Under the pieces are notes generated by a model that searched no databases, was not told where the DNA came from, and saw only the letters and a list, made by a program, of their open reading frames with translations. A stretch of DNA of 63,132 bases, filler included, from Octopus bimaculoides (lineage: Eukaryota), in the NCBI RefSeq assembly GCF_001194135.2. It is 3 parts of 3 records of this genome, joined end to end, with 100 filler letters (N's around TTAATTAATTAA, not from the genome) between each part and the next. Parts side by side here need not be neighbours in the genome. Positions count along the whole stretch, not along the records: positions 1 to 19,293 come from NC_069008.1; 2 more parts are not named here. The stretch is one strand, 5' to 3'. The stretch's first letter is position 1, and the number at the start of each line of letters is the position of its first letter. This document shows, piece by piece, positions 1-12,044 of the stretch. Made by a program: the position numbers and the translations under genes.

Positions 1-138
1 ATCATTTTTAGAAAAATACAAATCCAGAGAAACACACACACACACATATATATATGTGTGTACTTCTAATATAAGGATAAAATTTTATCAGTGACCAGCA
101 TATAAAAAAATACCTGTTAAGGTGAAAATTATAAATAG

Positions 139-177
<39 letters not shown>

Positions 178-199
178 ACAAATATACACATACACTGTC

Positions 200-440
200 A
201 ATTCTTCTGTGAGCCCTAACGTCCTCACCTCTACAGCCCATGTGTTCCTGGGTCTCCCACTTCCACAAGTACCATCCACTTTCAGCGACAGGCACCTCTG
301 TATACAGTTGTCTTCACTCATACGCATCACATGTCCAGACCAACGCATTCTCCTCTTCTTCATACCACGTTTAATCCCTCTTATGCCTAACATTTTCCTC
401 GATACAGTTGTGATTTGCTGGTCATGCATAGTGATGTTAC
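200..440 (-). mobile_element. RTE-type LINE 3' fragment
   Basis: ORF 88..534 contains RMRWSGHVMRMSEDNCIQRCLSLKVDGTCGSGRPRNTW, the typical RTE ORF C-terminus. Confidence 0.8.
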
Positions 441-509
441 AAATCCAAGAAGATAAAACAATAACAACTGCAGAAGAATATAAATGTATGTAAAATATAT
501 AGTATATAA

Positions 510-662
510 ATGATGGGTTTCTTTCATTTTCCATCTACCAAATCGACATGGGTTTGGTCAGTTTCAGGCTATAGTAGAAGACAGTTGACCAAGGTTCCAC
601 GCAATGGGACTGAACACAGTACCATGCAGTTGGCAAGCAAGCTTCTTACCACACAGCCACAT
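510..662 (-). mobile_element. tRNA-headed SINE (family A), 5' part
   Basis: Reverse complement GTGGCTGTGTGGTAAG...GTTCAGTCCC...CTATAGCC. Same family as 4620-4985; paralogous copy at 8865-9010. Confidence 0.75.
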
Positions 663-789
663 CTACTGATTTTAATACTTTCAAAGCAAAATTCATGCAA
701 AACAGACTTAAAATTTGGAAACAATTGTTTTTATTAAAAAAGGTATCCCACAGGTAAATTATCTTAGATATGGTGACAAACTATAGAGT

Positions 790-880
790 GGGGAGGCTGT
801 TATCACACACTGTTCTATCTCTTCTCCTGTGTGAATACATTTACAGTTAGAGAGATCGTCCATTTTTTTTTCTTTTCTGT
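790..880 (-). pseudogene. Highly decayed zinc-finger remnant in the ZNF-A 3' region
   Basis: ORF 759..971 contains LSNCKCIHTGEEIEQC, resembling an H-x3-H-TGE linker. Confidence 0.45.
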
Positions 881-1274
881 TTTGGCAGAGAAGGAACTTT
901 GACAAATACAGCAATTCCCTGATGAGTAGCTTGGTTGTTGCCATGGAGAAAACCCACAACACTATCACCATTTTAGGAGGAGCTCAAAATGCTTCTTGTT
1001 CTTATGAATTGTCACATTGATAGTCACACATCTATATGGATACACAGTTAACACTAGAAGTACCGAGTGGTCATTTATCACCACTTTTGCTTATTACTTT
1101 TTAATTTCTACAACTGTATTGAATGTGCAATCATGAACATCATTTCATATGTGTATAGATATATATTTTTTGCATGTAAACAAATGCTAAAAGACTGTAT
1201 TTTCAAATCCTTTATTAACCGCATTTGCTCATATTTAAAATAAATTGTTTTAAATAAAGATTTTCAATGACAGC

Positions 1275-2078
1275 CAGATATTACAGGAAAATGCTGTCTC
1301 CCCTGTATGAATACGTTTGCGACAGTTTAAAGCACTTTGGTCAGAGAATGATGTACCACAGACATCATACTGATATGGTTTCTCTCCAGTATGACTATGT
1401 TTGTGGTTAGTCGTTGTACCACTTACAGAGAATGATAAACCATTAATGTCTCAGTGAAATGACTTCTTCCCTATATAAATACACTGGATTTTTTTTAAAA
1501 CGGGGGCCACATTTTTCATTAATGTTTTACGTAGTGTTTTTGGTACGGAAAGACTTTCAAACTTCGTATACTTATCTATTTTGTGTTATAGAACAGAAAA
1601 ATATTTTTGTATTCGAATTTATTTCATGTAAAAAATTGTCTTATTTCGATAATTTCAACCAATCACTGACGTCCATTCAGTCGATATACATTAAGTGCCG
1701 ACTACATAAACAAACGATTCTTCGTTTTATTTGCTTTTTTCATTTTAAATTTGCTTTAACCCTAACCCTAACCCTAGGGTTAGGGTTAGAGTTAGGATTA
1801 ATTGTTTCAGAATCGTTTATGTTGTCGGCACTTAATGTATATCGGCTGAATGGACGTCAGTGATTGGTTGAAATTACAGAAATACGACAACTTTAACATG
1901 GAATAATTTATGGATTTCTTTTTTTTTAAAGAAGACTAAGAGAAAAAGATGTTTTATATGACACATTCTACCAGTGTTCCAAGTTTCAAAGTGTTTCGTT
2001 AATGAAAAATGTGGCCCCCGTTTTAAAAAAGATCCAATATACTTGTGTTTACTTAAGGTACTAGTTAAAGAGAATGAT
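1275..2078 (-). pseudogene. Fossil C-terminal fingers of ZNF-A, frameshifted and split by a MITE
   Basis: After a 2-nt deletion the shifted frame reads [16 protein letters not shown]. Left of the MITE it continues ...[60 protein letters not shown]. Confidence 0.8.
1482..2039. mobile_element. Tc1/mariner-type MITE with ~43-bp TIRs, TA flanks, inner inverted repeat and a (TAACCC)n/(GGGTTA)n palindromic core
   Basis: TIRs CACTGGATTTTTTTTAAAACGGGGGCCACATTTTTCATTAA at 1482 and its complement ending 2039. Inner arms 1651-1720 / 1810-1875. TA at 1480-81 and 2040-41. Confidence 0.8.
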
Positions 2079-3861
<1,783 letters not shown>

Positions 3862-4619
3862 TATTTTTCTTCAAAAATCACAATATATATACGTTTTTTT
3901 CCTTGTCTTTGGTTCTATAGTGTTTCGTTTACAAATATTTTGACTGCTGTATTTCTGTCCAGTGTTACTTTCGTCTGAATACTCTTTAGTAAATTCATCC
4001 AAGTTTAATTTGCAACCAGACTCATCTTGTAGACACTCCAGCCGGTGATGTCCAGAAAGTTTGCTAATAACACATTTCAGAGTAAATATATCGTAGGAAT
4101 TCTACCATAGACTTATAGAATCAATCTTCTATATCTGTTCTGTAGAATATTTTCATTTTGGTCTTTAAAAGATGATAAATAATGAGAATGTATCTTCAGT
4201 TATTCCAATGTCATCTGATATTCTGAAATAATAAAGAAACAACAGTGTAAGATATAGAGGCTACTTAGAAAATACAGATTCAACATTTCCATAGAGATAA
4301 ACATTTAACTGAACAACAGAACTTCTTGATTTATTACAATTTATATCAGCACCGAAACAGAGTATGGTGTGAACCTATGATTTTACCAACCTAGCAACAT
4401 GAGTTTTATAGAGAAAACAAAATTTCCATTCAAAAGGCAATTATAGAGGACTTCTGTTCGAGTCTGTTTTAAGTCGTAGTGGAAACCCGACCTATGTAAT
4501 ATATAGGTATATGACTATTGTATAAATTTTATAATTGAAAAATTTATTCTATTTTGTACATGCAGGGGCAATAAAATGGGCTCCCGAGGGTTTTCCCACC
4601 CCTGATCTAAAAAATTCTT

Positions 4620-4985
4620 CACCATCTTTTACTTGTTTCAGTCATTTGACTGTGGCCATGCTGGAGCAGGACTTATTCATTGTAAGCCCAGTATTTATTC
4701 TATCGGTCTCTTTTGCCGAACCGCTAAGTTACGGGAACGTAAACACACCAGCATCGGTTGTCAACCGATGTTGTGGGGACAAACACAGATACACAAACAT
4801 ATACACACACACACATATATATACACATATACGACGGGCTTCTTTCAGTTTCCGTCTACCAAATCCACTCTCAAGGCTTAGGTCGGCCCGAGGCTATAGT
4901 AGAAGACACTTGCCCAAGGTGCCACGCAATGGGACTGAACCCGGAACCATGTGGTTGGTAAGCAAGCTACTTACCACACAGCCAC
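4620..4985 (-). mobile_element. Near full-length tRNA-headed SINE (family A) in the ZNF-A intron
   Basis: A/B-box-like head at 4930-4985, internal (CA/TA)n, and a shared tail ...CAGCATGGCCACAGTCAAATGACTGAAACAAGTAAAAG on the minus strand. Confidence 0.8.
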
Positions 4986-5624
4986 TCCTGCGCCTTTATG
5001 TATGTAACTAGTTAACTAACTACTTACAGAGACTTAATAATTTCTTCTCTTTAACACCATAAAATTAGAGAAAAGTCATCGAAAATAGTCATTACTCATT
5101 TTAAACATCATTTTCGACAATGGATGGAGGGAAATTTTATTTGCAATTCAACAGAAGAAATAATATTGATCATTAAACACCAATCATCCAGATATTTTAT
5201 TAGCAACTTCGATTACAAATGGGTTGAAAATTGAGGGAAAATTTCTTGAAAATAAAAAGGATCTGCCACCTGACTATGTTTCGGACTGCAACTTCAACGA
5301 TTATGAATGACCAATTCTTCATCTTAGAAATTAGAAATTACTCATTTTGCCCCGATTACTAATTTTCTTCCCTTGCCTTTATTAGGGAAACAATCAAGCA
5401 TTCGATAAATTATAAAGCATTGGTTTCTCAACAATTCTGTGGTTGGAGTGTATTTGAGGATATTCGTCCAACTAAAAAACACACAACAAACAAACGTGGA
5501 AACGATGGAGAGAGTAGAAGGTTGCTTCCATAGCTAGAAATAGCAGCCAAATGTCGAAGAAAACAAACGACATCTGAGACACGAAGTATTGAAAGATTAA
5601 ATGCTTTCATTGTTTAATACTTAC

Positions 5625-5700
5625 GGAAATGTTTTTATAAAGGATAGTGTTGTTAGAAGTGTGTCAGGTGGTGGAGAAATCTATTATTAATGTATTTAGG
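5625..5700 (-). other. Non-coding first exon of ZNF-A (donor GTAAGT at 5624-5619; intron to acceptor 4223; 5' end approximate)
   Basis: Strong donor conserved in the paralog (13423). Acceptor ttatttcag|AATATC at 4223 is also conserved (10983). Confidence 0.6.
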
Positions 5701-5756
5701 AGTGAATTAAGAGAAATTCTGGCACCAGAGACGTTTATCAATATATAATGAATGGA

Positions 5757-5785
5757 GCCGGACGTACGATTAGTGCGCATGCGTA
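5757..5785. promoter_or_regulatory. Probable ZNF-A promoter: ETS-like GCCGGACGT plus NRF1-like TGCGCATGCGTA
   Basis: Motifs at 5758-5765 and 5774-5785, upstream of exon 1 and positionally conserved with ZNF-B. Confidence 0.55.
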
Positions 5786-7007
5786 CGAAATATTGGTTTC
5801 AAATTTTGTCACGGTCGACTTTGCCTTTCACCCCTTCGTGGCTGATAAATTAAGTACCAGTTGTGTACTGAGGTCAATCTAATTAACTGGTTCCCTCCCC
5901 TAAAATTTCAGGCCTTGAGTAGAAAAGAATATTTATAAACAACAGGAGTTATGTTTCCAGTAATTTTCTTTTATGTAAATGAATCTTATTTAGCTGTTAT
6001 TTTTAGCATGAAAGTTTTCCGGTAATTTTCTGTCATGTAAATAAATGTTTATGTTACTTTGAACGAGAAAGAAAACAGTTAGCTTTACATCACTGAGTGA
6101 GATGTTGGCAAATNNNNNNNNNNNNNNNNNNNNNNNNNNNNNNNNNNNNNNNNNNNNNNNNNNNNNNNNNNNNNNNNNNNNNNNNNNNNNNNNNNNNNNN
6201 NNNNNNNNNNNNNNNNNNNNNNNNNNNNNNNNNNNNNNNNNNNNNNNNNNNNNNNNNNNNNNNNNNNNNNNNNNNNNNNNNNNNNNNNNNNNNNNNNNNN
6301 NNNNNNNNNNNNNNNNNNNNNNNNNNNNNNNNNNNNNNNNNNNNNNNNNNNNNNNNNNNNNNNNNNNNNNNNNNNNNNNNNNNNNNNNNNNNNNNNNNNN
6401 NNNNNNNNNNNNNNNNNNNNNNNNNNNNNNNNNNNNNNNNNNNNNNNNNNNNNNNNNNNNNNNNNNNNNNNNNNNNNNNNNNNNNNNNNNNNNNNNNNNN
6501 NNNNNNNNNNNNNNNNNNNNNNNNNNNNNNNNNNNNNNNNNNNNNNNNNNNNNNNNNNNNNNNNNNNNNNNNNNNNNNNNNNNNNNNNNNNNNNNNNNNN
6601 NNNNNNNNNNNNNNNNNNNNNNNNNNNNNNNNNNNNNNNNNNNNNNNNNNNNNNNNNNNNNNNNNNNNNNNNNNNNNNNNNNNNNNNNNNNNNNNNNNNN
6701 NNNNNNNNNNNNNNNNNNNNNNNNNNNNNNNNNNNNNNNNNNNNNNNNNNNNNNNNNNNNNNNNNNNNNNNNNNNNNNNNNNNNNNNNNNNNNNNNNNNN
6801 NNNNNNNNNNNNNNNNNNNNNNNNNNNNNNNNNNNNNNNNNNNNNNNNNNNNNNNNNNNNNNNNNNNNNNNNNNNNNNNNNNNNNNNNNNNNNNNNNNNN
6901 NNNNCTAAACACGTATTCATTTGCACACGCGGGTTAGGGACGGGGTTAGGATCAACCACTCACGACTAGCTAGCGCGGACGTGCGCTGCTTTAGTAGTAC
7001 CGTTTAA

Positions 7008-7206
7008 AATGGTACAACAATGTACTATAATATAAAAAATGGACTATATACCTGTTGTAATTTGGTTTATAGTCCGATGATATTTCGGAATTACAATTTA
7101 TTCTTCAGATCATCTTAGATGGAGTCTCTGGAATTGTAATTCCGAAATATCATCGGACTATAGATAACTAAATTACAACAGGTATATAGTGCAGTGTTGT
7201 ACCATT
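7008..7206. repeat. Fold-back (long inverted repeat)
   Basis: Arms 7043-7099 / 7132-7190 are near-perfectly complementary; outer aatggtacaac / gttgtaccatt. Confidence 0.8.
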
Positions 7207-7841
7207 CAAAACTTTTTATTCTTTACAAACAATACACAATGCTTCAAGCGAACTACAATACTCTCTTATTTCTAACGTCTTGACATGCCCCTGCCCCCCT
7301 CCTCCTTTTCGCTAATTGTACCAGACGACAGAAGAAGCAACGAACGGGCTGTTTTCTGATTGGCTGAAAATTCTGAAAATTATCAATCTTAGAACACCTG
7401 TAACATTTTCGCAAATTCTTTCTGGAATAAATAATAAATTCGGATTCAATATGCTACACTAGCAAACGACCCCCCGTCCATTGGACGGTTTGTATAGGTG
7501 AAGAGAAATGGCCATTGTTTCATGTATGTTTGTGTTGGTGTGTTTTTCATCTTTTACTTGTTTCAGTCATTTGAATGTGGCCATACTGGGGCAACACCTC
7601 AAATAAATTTTAGTCTAATGAATCGACCCCAGTACGTATTTTTTTGTTAAACCTAGTGCTTATTCTATCGGTCTATTTTTGCTGAACAGTTAAATTAAAC
7701 ACACCAACACCAGTTGTCAAGCAACAGAGAGATAAACACAGACACACACACATATATATGAGTGTTGGTTACGAATTTGTGGCTGGTTCATCTTGATGTA
7801 ACTCTGAGCTGGTTATGTATTCACTGGTCTAGTTTGTGTGC

Positions 7842-7950
7842 CAGAAGATAAATGAATGACAAGAAGAACCAGGTAAATTCAATACAACTGTTATTTATTA
7901 CAACCCCTTGTAAAAATACATGGCAAATGTCTTACATATTGTGAAGTAAC
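7842..7950 (-). terminator. Probable polyadenylation region of ZNF-B (AATAAA at 7899-7894, three upstream TGTA motifs, T/GT-rich downstream element)
   Basis: 107/109 identical to 16694-16802, at an equivalent position downstream of ZNF-C. Confidence 0.6.
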
Positions 7951-8254
7951 TGGTTTTGCAAGTTGTAACGAACTCTATCTGGAACAGTGGAAGTTGTATC
8001 ATAGTTGAACTTCTGTAGCATGTTCATGGTTTAATTCTGTGCTGGGCAGCATTGGTAGTTGTGATCTCATCTTACTCCCCAAAAGCATGAACTGCTCCTT
8101 ATGTAATTACGGGTGGACAGGAAGAGAATTTTTCTATGTTGGGATAAAAACAGTTGCTTATACACTGATTGGCTTTGTTAATACCATTTTATCTTTGGAA
8201 TGGATTTAGTCCAACCCCAATCACGTCATCAATGTTGACACTACCGAAATACGC

Positions 8255-8440
8255 CCATCATCATAATCATTTAATGTCTATTGGCATGGATTAGCAATCT
8301 GGAAGGCTGGACTAGACACTTCTCTGATTTGGCATGTTTTCTATGGCTGGATGCCCTTCCTAACACCAACATCTGAGTGTAGTGGGTACCTTTACATGCA
8401 ACTGATAGGGGTGCCATTTGCACGACACCAGTATCTGCCA
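8255..8440 (-). mobile_element. SINE or RTE-tail repeat (family E), inverted copy
   Basis: Reverse complement ...GTTAGGAAGGGCATCCAGC...ATGATGATG. Confidence 0.65.
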
Positions 8441-8534
8441 TGTCTACAATTTCTCTTGGCTCAATGGTTCTTCTCATTTCATATAATTTAAAACTCAATA
8501 GCTGTGTAGACAATATACTTCCTACATTATATAG

Positions 8535-8860
8535 TACCGCCTGACTGGCCTTTGTAGGATTTTTGAGCGAGATCGTTGCCAGTGCTGCTGGACTGGCTCT
8601 TGTGCTGGTGGCACATAAAATACACCATTTTGAACATGGCTGTTGCCAGTACCGCCTGACTGGCCTCCGTGCGGGTGACACGTAAAAGCACCCACTACAC
8701 TCTCGGAGTGGTTGGCGTTAGGAAGGGCATCCAGCTGTAGAAACTCTGCCAAATCAGATTGGAGCTTGGTGTTGCCATCGGGTTTCACCAGTCCTCAGTC
8801 AAATCGTCCAACCCATGCTAGCATGGAAAGCGGACGTTAAACGATGATGATGATGATATA
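8535..8860 (+). mobile_element. SINE or RTE-tail repeat (family E) ending in (GAT)n
   Basis: GTAAAAGCACCCACTACACTCTCGGAGTGGTTGGCGTTAGGAAGGGCATCCAGCTGTAG...CCATGCTAGCATGGAAAGCGGACGTTAAACGATGATGATG. Further copies at 57830-58040 and 51270-51420. Confidence 0.75.
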
Positions 8861-8864
8861 TACA

Positions 8865-9010
8865 ATGGGTTTCTTTCAATTTCTATTTGTCAATCAACTC
8901 ACAAGGTTTTGGTCAGCCTCAGGCTATAATAGATGACAGTTGACCAAAGTGTCATGCAGTGGGACTGAACCTAGAACCATGTTGTTAAGAAGCAAGCTTC
9001 TGACCACACC
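8865..9010 (-). mobile_element. tRNA-headed SINE (family A) 5' part, paralogous to 510-662
   Basis: Same sequence and same flank (aattcatgcaaaaca...ttgtttttattaaaaaa) as in the ZNF-A 3' region. Confidence 0.7.
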
Positions 9011-9197
9011 TTTTGGTTTTAACACTTTCATAACAGAATTCATGCAAAACAAATTTAAAATCTGGAAAAAATTGTTTTTATTAAAAAAATATCCCACAGG
9101 TAAGTTATCTTGTATTACATAACGATCTTCAATGCGAGCCAAAAAGACCGTTATGGTGCTTGAAGGAAGTAAGAAACGTTGGTACTTCTAGTGTTAA

Positions 9198-9418
9198 CCC
9201 TTTAGCATTTAAACCAGCCATATCTGGCACAAATATTCCACCTATTTTATGTCCAAACTAGCCAGAATAGGCCTCTTACACCTACCCTACAATGTCATTC
9301 TGAAAATTCACAATCGCATCATCAAAATTTGGAACCTGTGAGATAATGGGTTGACAAATTGAAAATAATTTGAATAACTAAACATCACACCGGACAGAAT
9401 AATATGCATAGTAAAGGG
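9198..9418. mobile_element. piggyBac-type MITE (TTAA TSD, CCCTTT TIR) inserted in a fossil finger of ZNF-B
   Basis: TTAA|CCCTTTAGCAT ... ATGCATAGTAAAGGG|TTAA at 9194-9197 and 9419-9422. Confidence 0.8.
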
Positions 9419-9465
9419 TTAAATCACCACTTACAGAGAATGATTTATCACAAATATTAATGGGA

Positions 9466-10560
9466 TCACTTCTTCCCTGTACGAACACATTTGTGAGAAG
9501 CTAATCCGCTATGTTTAGAGAATGACTTTCCACAGATATCACAAGGATATGGCTTCTCTGTGTGAATACGTTTATGATAAGTTAAAGCACTACAATGAGA
9601 GAATGATTTACCACAGATGTCACACTGATATGGCTTCTCTCCTGTATGGAAACGTCTGTGAATAACTAAGTTGCCACTTTGAGTGAATGATTTACCACAG
9701 ATATCGCAGTGAAATGGTGTCTCTTTGGTATGAATACGTTTGTGATTAATTAGGTTACTATTTATAGAGAAAGATTTGTTACAAATTTTGCACTGATATG
9801 GTTTCTCTCCTGTATGAATACGCATGTGATAAGTTAAAGTATTGTTGGCAGAGAATGATTTACCGCAGATATTACATGAATATAGTTTTTCTCCTGTATG
9901 AACACGTTTGTGAGAAGTTAGAGTATTACTTTGAGAGAATGATTTACTACAGATGTTACACTGATATGGCTTCTCTCCTGTATGAATACGAATGTGAGTA
10001 TTTAAAGCGCTTCGGTTAGAGACTGATACACCGCAGATATTACAGTGATAAGGCTTCTCTCCAGTATGAATACGTTTGTGTATAGTCAACTTTTTCCTCT
10101 GAAGGAATGATTTATCACAAACGTCACAGTTAAATCGATTTTCCCCTGTATGAATAGGTATGTGAGAATTTAAACCACTTCGGCTGGAGAATGACATACT
10201 ACAGAAATCACATTGATATGGTTTCTCTCCTGTATGAATACGTATGTGTGCAGTCAAGTTATTACTTTGACAGAATGATTTACCACAGATGTCACATTTA
10301 AATGGCTTCTCCCCTGTATGAATACGGTTGTGTTTAGTCAAGTTACTGGCTGAAGAGAATGATTTACCACAGACACCACAAGGAAATGGCTTCTCTCCTG
10401 AATGGCTATATCTGTGCCTAATTAAATAACTATTTATAGAAAATGATTTATCACAGATGTCACAGTGAAATGGCATCTCCTCTGTCTGATTAAGTTTATG
10501 CTCATTCAAGCTGCCCTCGTGAGAGAACGACTTCTCACAGACATCCCAATCATGTGACAT
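9466..10560 (-). CDS. C2H2 zinc-finger protein ZNF-B, 364 aa, 11 intact fingers plus degenerate first (C>W) and last (H>R) fingers
   Basis: Uninterrupted ORF of TGEKP-linked C2H2 fingers. Upstream UTR, splice sites and promoter are paralogous to ZNF-A. Confidence 0.93.
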   Translation of the reverse strand: MSHDWDVCEKSFSHEGSLNEHKLNQTEEMPFHCDICDKSFSINSYLIRHRYSHSGEKPFPCGVCGKSFSSASNLTKHNRIHTGEKPFKCDICGKSFCQSNNLTAHIRIHTGEKPYQCDFCSMSFSSRSGLNSHIPIHTGENRFNCDVCDKSFLQRKKLTIHKRIHTGEKPYHCNICGVSVSNRSALNTHIRIHTGEKPYQCNICSKSFSQSNTLTSHKRVHTGEKLYSCNICGKSFSANNTLTYHMRIHTGEKPYQCKICNKSFSINSNLINHKRIHTKETPFHCDICGKSFTQSGNLVIHRRFHTGEKPYQCDICGKSFSHCSALTYHKRIHTEKPYPCDICGKSFSKHSGLASHKCVRTGKK

Positions 10561-11528
10561 TATTTGTCCCCTTCTTCTTAATATTCGTGAAAAATCAGTT
10601 CCTTTAATATCTCACCCTTTTACATTATTTTTCTTAAAAAAATCACAATATATATTTTTCTCTTCTTTTTGCTTCTGTAGTCTTTTGCTTATAAATATTT
10701 TGACTGCTGTATTTCTGTCCAGTGTCACCTTTGACCTAAAACTCTGTAGCAAATTTATCCAAGTTTAATTTGCAACCAGACTCATCTTGTAGACACTCCA
10801 GCCGGTGATGTCCAGAAAGTTTGCTAATAACACATTTCAGAGTAAATATATCAGAGGAATTCTACCACCCACTTATAGAAACAATGATATATATCTGCTC
10901 TGTACAATATTTTCATTTGGGTCTTTAAAAGATGATAAATAATGAGAATGTATCTTCTGTTATTCCAATGTCATCTGATATTCTGAAATAATAAAGAAAC
11001 AACAGTGTAACATATAGAGGCTACTTAGAAAATACAGATTCAACATTTCCATAGAGATAAACTCTAGAAATAAATATTTACTTGAACAATAAANNNNNNN
11101 NNNNNNNNNNNNNNNNNNNNNNNNNNNNNNNNNNNNNNNNNNNNNNNNNNNNNNNNNNNNNNNNNNNNNNNNNNNNNNNNNNNNNNNNNNNNNNNNNNNN
11201 NNNNNNNNNNNNNNNNNNNNNNNNNNNNNNNNNNNNNNNNNNNNNNNNNNNNNNNNNNNNNNNNNNNNNNNNNNNNTTTTATTTTATTTTTTCATTCTCT
11301 TTAGAAATTATCCCTATTTTTGTGGTATAGAGTTTTTTGCTGCTCTTTCTAGCGGGTTAGATGTCCTATTATAGGCATCTCTGTATTTTAATGAATAATA
11401 TATATATAGTCTACTGACTAATTTTTATCCTCGCTGGACCACTGGTGGTAAATTAAATTTCAAAAATTTTTTTGCTGCCCTATGATTTATTAATGATAAT
11501 ATATATAGATATATGTATGTATCATATA

Positions 11529-12044
11529 TTTGAGGAGTTTCATTATAGGTATAAGAATACACGATAAACAAGTATTAAAAAATGGAGAAAAGATGTTGAA
11601 TCAGAAATAGATTTATTATAAAACTGGATTCAATGCATATGTCCGTTTTGAAGAACAATGCAAATATATAAGAAAAAAATTTGGCAGCTAATAGCATGAC
11701 AGTGCCAAAAATTTTAATCATAGTGCTTATAATTAGAACCGAAATAAAAATAAAAAATAAAATTTAGAATTTAATTTATGCATTGTCATTCTCATCAGCG
11801 AGGAATCTTTTGATGAACATCAAAAAAGTTTAATAAAATGAAATAAAATTTCGTTTTAATTCTATTTTTAATTTCAATTCTAATTATAAGCTCTATGATT
11901 TAAATTTTTTTCTTATATATTTGCATTGTTTTTCAAAACATACGTATGCATTGAATCCAGTTTTACAATAAATCTATTTCTGATTCAACATCTTTTTATA
12001 CTTGTTTATCGTATATTCTAATATTTATAACAAAACTCCTCAAA
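11529..12044. repeat. AT-rich fold-back element in the ZNF-B intron
   Basis: tttgaggagttt...gaaaagatgttgaatcagaaatagattt...ggattcaatgcata...caatgcaaatatataagaaaaaaattt is mirrored at ~11900-12044. Confidence 0.75.

Noticed and set aside
1757-1796. Interstitial telomere or chromosome-fusion scar
   Set aside because: Only ~3+3 units, and they sit at the symmetry centre of a TIR-bounded MITE.
4930-4985. tRNA-like A/B boxes (also at 19650, 29325, 36350)
   Set aside because: SINE heads continuing into SINE bodies; no complete cloverleaf.
6085-6969. Long ORFs here and at 14.0-15.1, 23.8-24.7, 25.9-27.1, 34.4, 35.9, 42.6 and 43.8-44.4 kb
   Set aside because: They are open only because they run through N gaps.
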